Assembly: GCA_965662415.1 (NCBI GenBank)
Contig: CBFIHB010000002.1
Location: 1 to 39,258, forward strand
DNA from: Actinomycetes bacterium
Lineage (GTDB): Bacteria > Actinomycetota > Actinomycetes > S36-B12
Reading direction: 5' to 3'
DNA: 39,258 bases
Every line of letters begins with the position of its first letter. The stretch's first letter is position 1. Shown here piece after piece: positions 31,678 to 39,258 of the stretch. Below the pieces are notes generated by a model that had not been told where the DNA came from, searched no databases, and saw only the letters and a program-made list of their open reading frames with translations. The position numbers were made by a program, and so were the translations under genes.

Positions 31678-32021
31678 GTGAGGCTCGGTTCACGGACGTG
31701 GGAATCGTCGGTGATCTTCAGATGGACTCGGCAATGAAGGTGAGCGTCGACGGACAGGACATTGCCGTCGTGCGATGCGACGAGGGTGTCTTCGCGATCG
31801 GCAACCGATGCTCGCACGCTGATGTCGACCTATCCGAGGGCGAGGTCGAGGGTTGCGCGTTGGAATGCTGGTTGCACGGCTCGCAATTCGATCTGCGTAC
31901 CGGCAAACCACTATCGCTGCCGGCTCTTGAGCCGGTTCCCACTTTCGAAGTGCGGCTCGAAGGTGACGGCGACGATGCCCGAATCCTGATTAACCCGACA
32001 CCCCACCTAGCCACTGACTGA
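31674..32021 (+). CDS. Rieske [2Fe-2S] ferredoxin (non-heme iron oxygenase ferredoxin-subunit-like)
   Basis: 115 aa. Rieske ligands are CSHADVDL...CWLHGSQFDLRTG. There is no signal peptide. ATGA overlap with sufD. Confidence 0.85.
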   Translation: MSEARFTDVGIVGDLQMDSAMKVSVDGQDIAVVRCDEGVFAIGNRCSHADVDLSEGEVEGCALECWLHGSQFDLRTGKPLSLPALEPVPTFEVRLEGDGDDARILINPTPHLATD

Positions 32022-32045
32022 CATTCGAACCGAACTGGAGTAACG

Positions 32046-32807
32046 ATGAGCACATTGGAGATCAAGGACCTGCATGCGAGTGTCATAACGGATGCAGGGG
32101 AGACCCCCATCCTGCGTGGCGTGGACCTCACCGTGGAATCCGGCCGGATTCAGGCGGTGATGGGGCCTAACGGCAGCGGTAAGTCGACGCTCGCGTACGT
32201 CATTGCCGGTCACCCCAAGTACCAGGTCACCAGTGGTTCGATCACGCTGGACGGCGAGGACGTCCTCGATATGAGCGTGGATGAGCGCGCCCGCGCTGGA
32301 CTCTTCCTCGCGATGCAGTACCCGGTCGAGGTTCCGGGCGTATCGGTTTCGAATTTCCTGCGCACTTCGGCTACAGCCGTGCGTGGCGAGGCGCCCAAGC
32401 TGCGAACGTGGATCGGCGAAGTCAAGGACGCAATGGGCAAGTTGCAGATGGATCCGGCCTTCGCCGAGCGCAACGTGAACGAGGGATTCTCCGGTGGTGA
32501 GAAGAAGCGACACGAGATCTTGCAGATGTCCTTGCTGAAGCCGAAGATCGCCATCCTCGACGAGACCGATTCCGGACTCGATGTCGATGCGCTGCGCGTA
32601 GTCTCCGAGGGAGTCAATCGATTCCGTGAGGATTCTGACGCCGGCATCTTGCTGATCACGCACTACACACGGATCCTGCGATACATAAAGCCCGATGTGG
32701 TGAACGTCTTCGCCGGTGGGCGCATCGTCGAGTCCGGTGGTCCGGAGTTGGCTGAGGCGCTGGAATCAGAAGGTTACGAGCGCTTCACGGACATGGCGAA
32801 GGCCTAG
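32046..32807 (+). CDS. sufC: Fe-S cluster assembly ATPase SufC
   Basis: Walker A GPNGSGKST, atypical signature FSGGEKKR, Walker B ILDETDSGLD, ITHY H-loop. GGAG lies 6 nt upstream of the ATG. Confidence 0.95.
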   Translation: MSTLEIKDLHASVITDAGETPILRGVDLTVESGRIQAVMGPNGSGKSTLAYVIAGHPKYQVTSGSITLDGEDVLDMSVDERARAGLFLAMQYPVEVPGVSVSNFLRTSATAVRGEAPKLRTWIGEVKDAMGKLQMDPAFAERNVNEGFSGGEKKRHEILQMSLLKPKIAILDETDSGLDVDALRVVSEGVNRFREDSDAGILLITHYTRILRYIKPDVVNVFAGGRIVESGGPELAEALESEGYERFTDMAKA

Positions 32808-32810
32808 GTC

Positions 32811-34088
32811 ATGTCCGCTGCACTCGATGTTCCGCGGATCCGCAAGGACTTCCCGATCCTTTCGCGGACAGTCCGCGGTGACCGGCCCTTGGTCTACCTG
32901 GACAGTGCTGCTACCAGCCAGAAGCCGACCGCTGTCCTTGATGCCGAGCGCGAGTTCTACGAGACAAGTAACGCTGCGGTGCATCGCGGGGCGCACCAGC
33001 TTGCGGAAGAGGCGACCGATGCCTACGAAGGAGCGCGGGAGGCTATAGCCGGCTTCGTCAACGCCCGTAGTCGGGACATCGTCTTCACCAAGAATGCCAC
33101 TGAAGGCCTGAATCTGGCGGCATACGCCTTCAGCAACGCCACGGCCAAGGCTCAGCACGGCGGTGATGTGGACCCACGATTCGTGTTAAAGCCTGGAGAC
33201 AGCGTCGTCGTCACCGAGATGGAGCACCACGCCAACCTCATTCCCTGGCAAGAACTGTGCGCGAAGACCGGCGCCACCTTGCGTTGGATCGGGGTTACCG
33301 ATGACGGCCGGCTCCGGCGGGAGGACTTCGCGCTGATCGACCACACAACGAAGGTCGTCTCCGTCGTCCATCAATCGAACATCCTGGGAACTATCAACCC
33401 GGTGGAAGACGTGATGGCCGCGGCGCGCAGCGTGGGAGCGGTCGGTGTGGTGGATGCGTGCCAGTCCGTCCCGCACATGAATGTCGACGTTCCCGCCCTC
33501 GGTGCAGATCTGGTCACCTGGAGCGGACACAAGATGCTCGGCCCGACCGGGATCGGCCTAGTGTGGGGAAATCAGGAGACCCTGGAAGCCATGCCGCCTT
33601 TTCTCACCGGCGGTTCGATGATCGAGACCGTGCACATGGAGTCGAGCACCTACGCCCCACCACCGCAACGGTACGAAGCAGGCGTGCCCATGGTGGCTCA
33701 GGCCGTTGGACTCGGGGCTGCCGTTGGCTACCTCCAGGATGTCGGGATGACCTCGATCGCCCAGCACGAGCACGATCTCACCGGCTACGCCCTCGAGCAG
33801 CTCGGCGCCATGCCCGGCGTTCGCATCATCGGTCCGCGCGAGAACATCGATCGGGGAAGCGCCATCTCCTTCGTAGTCGATGGGATCCATCCACATGATG
33901 TGGGGCAGGTTCTCGACGACCGCGGTGTAGCGGTGCGCGTCGGTCACCACTGCGCCTGGCCCACCTGCCGTCGCTTCGGGGTGCCGGCAACTACACGGCT
34001 GTCCACCTACCTGTACAACGATATTTCCGATATCGATGCCGCGGTCACGGGAATCCAGGCTGCGCAGGAATTCTTCGGAGCGGCATGA
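32811..34088 (+). CDS. sufS: cysteine desulfurase SufS (class II aminotransferase V)
   Basis: The PLP lysine is in SGHKMLGPTGIG and the catalytic Cys loop is RVGHHCAWP. 425 aa. Confidence 0.93.
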   Translation: MSAALDVPRIRKDFPILSRTVRGDRPLVYLDSAATSQKPTAVLDAEREFYETSNAAVHRGAHQLAEEATDAYEGAREAIAGFVNARSRDIVFTKNATEGLNLAAYAFSNATAKAQHGGDVDPRFVLKPGDSVVVTEMEHHANLIPWQELCAKTGATLRWIGVTDDGRLRREDFALIDHTTKVVSVVHQSNILGTINPVEDVMAAARSVGAVGVVDACQSVPHMNVDVPALGADLVTWSGHKMLGPTGIGLVWGNQETLEAMPPFLTGGSMIETVHMESSTYAPPPQRYEAGVPMVAQAVGLGAAVGYLQDVGMTSIAQHEHDLTGYALEQLGAMPGVRIIGPRENIDRGSAISFVVDGIHPHDVGQVLDDRGVAVRVGHHCAWPTCRRFGVPATTRLSTYLYNDISDIDAAVTGIQAAQEFFGAA

Positions 34089-34546
34089 GTAGCAACGTCG
34101 AATCGCTTTACCAAGAGATCATCTTGGACCACTACAAGCATCCACGTGGGAACACGCCACTGGCCGATGCGGCAGGGGAATCACACCAGGTGAACCCGAC
34201 CTGCGGCGATGAAGTGACCGTGGGCATCAAGGTCGACGATTCGGGACATGTGCACGTCGGTTACGAGGGGCAAGGCTGCTCGATCTCGCAAGCAAGCGCG
34301 AGTGTGATGAGTGAGCTTCTCGAAGGTACGGACGTCACCGAGATGGCCCGAGCCGAGAGGGCTTTCGTCGACCTGATGCACTCCAAGGGTGCCGGTGAGC
34401 CCGATGAGGAGGTCCTGGGTGACGGGGTGGCGTTCGTCGGCGTGGCCAAGTATCCAGCGCGGATCAAGTGCGCGCTGTTGCCGTGGATGGCTTTGCAGGA
34501 TGCCCGTTTGAAGGCGGGAATCGAGATCGACAAGTCGGAAGGGTAG
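34085..34546 (+). CDS. sufU: SUF-type sulfur-transfer/scaffold protein SufU (NifU/IscU-like)
   Basis: Three conserved Cys contexts: NPTCGDEV, GQGCSISQASAS, ARIKCALLPW. ATGA overlap with sufS. Confidence 0.9.
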   Translation: MSSNVESLYQEIILDHYKHPRGNTPLADAAGESHQVNPTCGDEVTVGIKVDDSGHVHVGYEGQGCSISQASASVMSELLEGTDVTEMARAERAFVDLMHSKGAGEPDEEVLGDGVAFVGVAKYPARIKCALLPWMALQDARLKAGIEIDKSEG

Positions 34547-34553
34547 GTGTGAG

Positions 34554-34874
34554 ATGGAATCGACGATCGCCAATGACGACGATGTGCTGGAGGCGATGAA
34601 GGACGTCGTCGACCCTGAATTGGGTATCAACGTTGTTGATCTCGGCTTGGTGTACGGAGTTTCGGTCGAGGAAGGCAACATCGCCACCATCGATATGACG
34701 CTCACGTCCGCCGCATGTCCGCTCACCGATGTGATCGAGGACCAGACCCGTGCAGCTTTGTTGGAAGTGGTGGACGATTTCAAGATCAACTGGGTGTGGA
34801 TGCCACCGTGGGGTCCAGACAAGATCACCGACGACGGCCGCGAGATGCTTCGGAGCCTGGGTTTCAACGTCTAG
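34554..34874 (+). CDS. sufT: DUF59/SufT-type Fe-S assembly protein
   Basis: 106 aa. Motifs are DVVDPELGINVVDLGLVY and MTLTSAACPL. It is the terminal gene of the suf cluster. Confidence 0.8.
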   Translation: MESTIANDDDVLEAMKDVVDPELGINVVDLGLVYGVSVEEGNIATIDMTLTSAACPLTDVIEDQTRAALLEVVDDFKINWVWMPPWGPDKITDDGREMLRSLGFNV

Positions 34875-34893
34875 TCCGATCATCGCCGGCGCG

Positions 34894-34899
34894 TAGTAT
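34894..34899 (+). promoter_or_regulatory. candidate -10 hexamer (TAGTAT) for the ABC-F gene
   Basis: TAGTAT-gccccggcc-ATG. The hexamer is 9 nt upstream of ATG 34909, and the 34-bp intergenic region has no Shine-Dalgarno. Confidence 0.3.
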
Positions 34900-34908
34900 G
34901 CCCCGGCC

Positions 34909-36513
34909 ATGATCTCCGCCACCGACCTCGAGTTACGTGCGGGTTCCCAGTTGTTGCTCACCGCCCCGGCGTTGCGGGTCGGAAGTGGTGATCGCATCGG
35001 TCTTGTGGGACGAAATGGGGCCGGCAAAACCACCTTGATGCGGGTCCTTGCCGCCGAGGGGCAACCCGCCGCCGGTTCGGTTTCCTCACGAGGCACCGTT
35101 GGGTACCTCCCGCAAGATCCGCGAGCCGCCGATGCCTCGGAGAGAGCGGTCGATCGAATTCTGGGCGCACGTGGGTTGGCGGATGCGACTCGAAGGCTGC
35201 ACCGGGCCACCGAGGCGATGGTAGGAGCCGCCGAAGGGAGCTCGGAGTGGGATAAGGCGGCGTCACGATATTCGCGCGCGGAGACCGACTTCTTGAACCT
35301 GGGTGGCTATGCGGCCGAAGCCGAAGCAGCAAGTATCGCTGCGGCGTTGGGCCTGCCTACGCGGGTGCTCGATGCGGAATTGGGCACCTTGTCCGGAGGG
35401 CAGCGCCGCCGCATCGAACTCGCTCGGATCTTGTTCGCCAACGCCGACACCTTGCTTCTCGATGAGCCCACCAACCACCTCGACGCTGATTCGATCCGCT
35501 GGCTGCGCGAGTTCCTGCGCAGCTATCCAGGTGGATTCGTGGTCATCAGCCACGACGTGGAACTGCTTTCCGAGACGATCGGAAAGGTATGGCACCTCGA
35601 TGCCAACCGTCGCGAGATCGATCAGTATGCGATGGGCTGGTCGGCGTATCTCGAGGCGCGGGAAGCCGATGAGCGTCGACGACGCCGTGAACGCCGGAAT
35701 GCGGAGCAGCAAGCCAGCGCGCTGCGGGCCCAAGCCGACAAGATGCGCGCCAAGGCAACCAAGGCGAAGGCCGCGCAGAGCATGCTCAAGCGCGCGGATC
35801 GCCTACTCGAGCAGACCGAGGGCGAGCGGGTAAGCGACAAGGTCGCGAAGTTGCGCTTTCCGGAGCCACGGGCGTGCGGCAAGGTGCCGCTGTCGGCCAG
35901 TGCCCTATCGAGGTCCTACGGGAGCTTGGAAGTGTTCACTGACATCGACCTCGCTGTGGACCGTGGATCGCGGGTCATGATCTTGGGGCTGAACGGAGCT
36001 GGGAAGACCACACTGCTGCGGATCCTCGCTGGCGTCGATGCCCCCGATACCGGGGTGGTCGAGCGTGGGCATGGAGCTGTAGTCGGGTACTACGCACAAG
36101 AGCACGAGACCCTGGACCCGACCGCAACGGTGGGTCAAACGCTGGCGAGCGCAGCGCCGGATCTAGACGACACCAGGCGGCGGACGGTGTTGGGCTCATT
36201 CCTCTTCCAAGGCGACGACGTCGATAAGCCGACCGGAGTGCTTTCGGGCGGGGAGAAGACTCGTCTTTCCCTCGCCTGTCTTGTGGTGTCTGGTGCGAAC
36301 GTGCTGTTGCTGGATGAGCCAACCAACAACCTGGACCCCGCGTCGCGGGCAGAGGTACTCACCGCTTTGCGCTCCTACGAAGGAGCGGTCGTCCTGGTAA
36401 GCCATGACCCAGGGGCAGTGCAAGCACTGGAGCCAGAGAGGGTTGTGCTGTTGCCGGACGGCGAAGAGGATCTTTGGAGCGAGGACTATGTGGACCTCGT
36501 GGAACTGGCCTAG
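34909..36513 (+). CDS. ABC-F family ATPase (soluble, tandem ABC domains)
   Basis: Two nucleotide-binding domains: Walker A GRNGAGKTT and GLNGAGKTT, signatures LSGGQRRR and LSGGEKTR. They are joined by a charged linker, EADERRRRRERRNAEQQASALRAQADKMRAKATKAKAAQ. There are no TM segments. Confidence 0.9.
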   Translation: MISATDLELRAGSQLLLTAPALRVGSGDRIGLVGRNGAGKTTLMRVLAAEGQPAAGSVSSRGTVGYLPQDPRAADASERAVDRILGARGLADATRRLHRATEAMVGAAEGSSEWDKAASRYSRAETDFLNLGGYAAEAEAASIAAALGLPTRVLDAELGTLSGGQRRRIELARILFANADTLLLDEPTNHLDADSIRWLREFLRSYPGGFVVISHDVELLSETIGKVWHLDANRREIDQYAMGWSAYLEAREADERRRRRERRNAEQQASALRAQADKMRAKATKAKAAQSMLKRADRLLEQTEGERVSDKVAKLRFPEPRACGKVPLSASALSRSYGSLEVFTDIDLAVDRGSRVMILGLNGAGKTTLLRILAGVDAPDTGVVERGHGAVVGYYAQEHETLDPTATVGQTLASAAPDLDDTRRRTVLGSFLFQGDDVDKPTGVLSGGEKTRLSLACLVVSGANVLLLDEPTNNLDPASRAEVLTALRSYEGAVVLVSHDPGAVQALEPERVVLLPDGEEDLWSEDYVDLVELA

Positions 36514-36524
36514 GAGGAATGTCG

Positions 36525-37283
36525 ATGGATGACACCCGGACTTACGTACGTCGCGAACTAGACGCAGAGCACGGCGACGTTTTGCGCATCACCTTGAATC
36601 GACCCGAGGTCCGCAACGCACAGACACCACAGATGTGGGACTACCTCGCCGAGATCGGTGAATCAGTGCCCGATGAGGTGCGATTCGTGGTCCTTCGTGG
36701 CGAAGGTGTCGATTTCTCTGCGGGGCTCGATCGCGGCATTTTCGCCGACACCAGTTCCAATGGCATGATCGCCGCGCTACAGCGCGATCCTGATGGATTC
36801 ATCGTTCAGGCGCAGCGCGCCTTCCGGGTATGGACACAGATCCCGCAGATCGTGATCGCCGCGGTGCAAGGCAATGTCATAGGTGCCGGCTTCCAACTCG
36901 CACTCGCGAGTGATCTCATGATCGCTCAGCCCGATGCCCGATTCGCACTTCGCGAGACATCGATCGGACTGGTGCCAGATCTTGGCGGAACCGGCGCGTT
37001 GATCGACGTCATCGGCTATCGCAGAACCTTCGCGCTGTGTGCAACCGGTGATTTCCTATCTGCTGAGCAAGCTCGTGAGGCAGGCATCGTCGATGAGATC
37101 GCGCCGGACCTGGGAAACGCAATCGAGCAGCGGATATATCGACTGCGTGAGGTCAACGCGGGTTCCTTGACTGACCTCAAGCGCTTGCTGCGAAGCGTGG
37201 CGTCGGATCAGGACTCCTGGTCCAACGAACGACGCATACAGATCGAGCGTCTGCAAGCCTTGTTCGGCTCGAGTCAATCGTGA
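36525..37283 (+). CDS. enoyl-CoA hydratase/isomerase (crotonase) family protein
   Basis: Motifs are ITLNRPEVRNAQ and VIAAVQGNVIGAGFQLALASD. ATG 36525 lies 7 nt after AGGAGG (36512-36517), whereas ATG 36519 is only 1 nt from it. Confidence 0.8.
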   Translation: MDDTRTYVRRELDAEHGDVLRITLNRPEVRNAQTPQMWDYLAEIGESVPDEVRFVVLRGEGVDFSAGLDRGIFADTSSNGMIAALQRDPDGFIVQAQRAFRVWTQIPQIVIAAVQGNVIGAGFQLALASDLMIAQPDARFALRETSIGLVPDLGGTGALIDVIGYRRTFALCATGDFLSAEQAREAGIVDEIAPDLGNAIEQRIYRLREVNAGSLTDLKRLLRSVASDQDSWSNERRIQIERLQALFGSSQS

Positions 37284-39145
37284 CCATGCAAACGGTCTGG
37301 CAGACCTACCAATCGATGACCAGGGATCGGTCGGTCACGAACAAGAAGGTCGCGCGGTCGACCGTGCGGAGGATCTTCAGATACGCCAGGCCGTATCGCG
37401 TGATCATCGCCATATTCCTGATCACTTTGGTAGGGACGTCGCTGCTGAGCGTCGCACAACCGTTGCTTTTCCGACGCATCGTCGATGATGGCATTTCGGT
37501 CGGTAACGCGTCATTGGTCACGTGGACCGCGGTCGCCATTGCCGGTCTGGCTATCGGGGATGCGGCGCTGGGTCTGGTGAGTCGCTGGTACTCCTCTCGC
37601 ATCGGCGAAGGCCTGATCTTCGACTTGAGGACTCAGGTGTACGACCACGTGCAGCGTCAGTCGATCGCCTTCTTCACGCGTACGCAGACTGGTGCGCTGA
37701 TCTCCCGGTTGAACTCCGATGTGATCGGTGCCCAGCAGGCGTTCACGTCGACGCTTGGGGGAGTGCTGGGCAATCTGATCTCGGTGACCGTCGTGCTCAT
37801 TGCAATGTTCGCGCTCTCTTGGCAGATCACCCTCGCCTCGCTGATCCTGGTTCCCTTATTTCTCCTCCCGGCTCGCTATATGGGTCGTCGCCTGCAGGCG
37901 CTGACGCGCGAGCAGATGACGCTCAACGCTGAGATGAGCTCGCAAATGACCGAGCGATTCAACGTGTCCGGGGCAATGTTGGTGAAGCTCTTCGGCCGAC
38001 CGGATGCTGAGGCGGGACTGTTCTCCGGGCGGGCATCGCGGGTCCGCGACATCGGAGTGCGGATCGCGATGGCGAACCGTTGGTTCTTCACCGCGCTCAC
38101 CTTGGTGGCCGCGCTCGCGACCGCCATCACCTACGGTCTGGGGGGCAACCTGGTCATCGACGGAGCCATAACCCTGGGCACGTTGCTGGCCCTGGTGGCG
38201 CTCCTGGCTCAGTTGTACGGGCCACTGACGGCACTGAGCAACGTCCGTGTGGATGTGATGACGGCTTTGGTGTCGTTCGAACGGGTCTTCGAAGTATTGG
38301 ATCTACCGCCGTTGGTGCGCGACCCGGACGATCCACGCCAAGTGCCAGAGGGCGGACTCTCCGTGGCATTCCAAGATGTCGACTTCACCTACCCGACCGG
38401 GGCGCAAGTGGGCCTGGCCTCCCTCGAGGGAGTGGCGCGGGAGGAGTCCGTGCACGCCGGTGAGCCGGTATTGCACGATGTCACGTTCGAATCCGCGCCG
38501 GGGGCCCTGACGGCGCTCGTGGGTCCGAGTGGCGCGGGGAAAAGCACCATCATCGCCCTCCTAGCTCGGATGTATGACCCAACGTCGGGCTCGGTTCGGA
38601 TCGGGGGCATCGACCTACGCGACCTCACGACCGCCGATGTGCGTGCGGAGGTCGGAGTAGTGACTCAAGATGCGCACTTGTTCCACGAATCGATCGCGGA
38701 AAACCTGCGCTACGCAAGACCGGAGGCAACCGATACCGATTTGATCGAGGCCTGCCGCGCCGCGCAAATATGGGATTTCATCGAATCACTGCCCGATGGC
38801 TTGGACACAGTCGTAGGTGACCGGGGCTACCGCCTATCGGGCGGAGAAAAACAGCGGATCGCACTCGCGCGCTTGTTCCTCAAGGCTCCACGGGTGGTGG
38901 TGCTGGACGAGGCAACTGCGCACCTGGACAGCGAGAGCGAGCGTCGAGTTCAGCTGGCCCTTGACACCGCCTTGCAAGGGCGCACCAGCGTGGTGATCGC
39001 CCACCGCTTATCCACCATCCGCAGAGCCGATCAGATACTCGTAGTAGACGACGGTCGCATCGTGCAGCGCGGGACACACGAAGAGCTGTTAACCGCAGGC
39101 GGAATGTACGAGACCTTGTACCGCACGCAATTCGCTGACAGCTGA
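37280..39145 (+). CDS. fused permease/ATPase ABC exporter (type I exporter fold)
   Basis: N-terminal six-helix TM domain and a C-terminal NBD: Walker A GPSGAGKST, signature LSGGEKQRIALAR, Walker B VVLDEATAHLD. GTG 37280 overlaps the preceding stop (GTGA). ATG 37286 is an alternative start. Confidence 0.9.
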   Translation: MTMQTVWQTYQSMTRDRSVTNKKVARSTVRRIFRYARPYRVIIAIFLITLVGTSLLSVAQPLLFRRIVDDGISVGNASLVTWTAVAIAGLAIGDAALGLVSRWYSSRIGEGLIFDLRTQVYDHVQRQSIAFFTRTQTGALISRLNSDVIGAQQAFTSTLGGVLGNLISVTVVLIAMFALSWQITLASLILVPLFLLPARYMGRRLQALTREQMTLNAEMSSQMTERFNVSGAMLVKLFGRPDAEAGLFSGRASRVRDIGVRIAMANRWFFTALTLVAALATAITYGLGGNLVIDGAITLGTLLALVALLAQLYGPLTALSNVRVDVMTALVSFERVFEVLDLPPLVRDPDDPRQVPEGGLSVAFQDVDFTYPTGAQVGLASLEGVAREESVHAGEPVLHDVTFESAPGALTALVGPSGAGKSTIIALLARMYDPTSGSVRIGGIDLRDLTTADVRAEVGVVTQDAHLFHESIAENLRYARPEATDTDLIEACRAAQIWDFIESLPDGLDTVVGDRGYRLSGGEKQRIALARLFLKAPRVVVLDEATAHLDSESERRVQLALDTALQGRTSVVIAHRLSTIRRADQILVVDDGRIVQRGTHEELLTAGGMYETLYRTQFADS

Positions 39146-39258
39146 TTACTCAGCAGCGTCACGCGCTTCCCGACGCAGAAAGAAGAACCAGCCGCCGATT
39201 GCCACGGCAGCGAATAAGAGCCATTGGATCGCATACGAGATGTTCTGCAGATCGTCCG
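39146..39258 (-). CDS. SURF1-like cytochrome oxidase assembly protein, C-terminal 37 codons only (rest outside the window)
   Basis: My own translation of the minus strand, which is not in the ORF track: DDLQNISYAIQWLLFAAVAIGGWFFFLRREARDAAE-stop. The N-x-SYA-x-QW motif followed by a TM helix resembles the SURF1 C terminus as I remember it. Stop TAA (complement of 39146-39148) abuts the ABC exporter stop. Confidence 0.45.
   Translation of the reverse strand, partial: DDLQNISYAIQWLLFAAVAIGGWFFFLRREARDAAE

Overview
This is a high-GC actinobacterial chromosomal core (roughly 60-65% GC by eye), very tightly packed, and I see no novel system in it. I count 36 complete and 2 partial CDS. Many gene junctions are 4-nt start/stop overlaps.

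Gene order:
- Plus strand: polA (3' part), rpsA, coaE, uvrB.
- Minus strand: a Kv-type K+ channel and an MBL-fold hydrolase.
- Plus strand: uvrA, a Tat-lipoprotein Rieske protein, uvrC, rapZ, yvcK/cuvA, whiA.
- Plus strand: gap, pgk, tpiA, secG, rbpA.
- Minus strand: opcA, zwf, tal, tkt.
- Plus strand: ctaB.
- Minus strand: ctaA, ABC-2 permease, ABC ATPase.
- Plus strand: sufR, sufB, sufD, Rieske ferredoxin, sufC, sufS, sufU, sufT.
- Plus strand: an ABC-F protein, an enoyl-CoA hydratase and a fused ABC exporter.
- Minus strand: the 3' end of a SURF1-like gene.

From memory, this order matches the conserved nucleotide-excision-repair / glycolysis / pentose-phosphate / heme-A / SUF synteny of Actinomycetota. 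M. tuberculosis holds the same genes as Rv1629-1638 and Rv1420-1473, and Streptomyces has them contiguous.

By eye I found no rRNA, tRNA, CRISPR array, transposase, integrase, phage gene, or toxin-antitoxin or defence-like gene. Essentially every ORF has a recognisable housekeeping identity.

The leads worth a second look are small-scale:
- A CAAC-N6-GTTG palindrome sits exactly at the sufR start, in a 62-bp divergent control region.
- TANNNT hexamers recur 6-9 nt upstream of start codons that lack a Shine-Dalgarno sequence, suggesting leaderless mRNAs.
- A Tat-exported lipoprotein with a Rieske centre lies between uvrA and uvrC.
- A Kv channel follows an MBL hydrolase in the uvrB-uvrA gap.
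- The uvrC 3' end carries an in-frame 12-bp tandem repeat.
- The pentose-phosphate operon ends without pgl.
- An uncharacterised ABC-2 exporter is linked to ctaA.

All coordinates are from manual indexing. Start codons were re-chosen where the ORF track over-extends.
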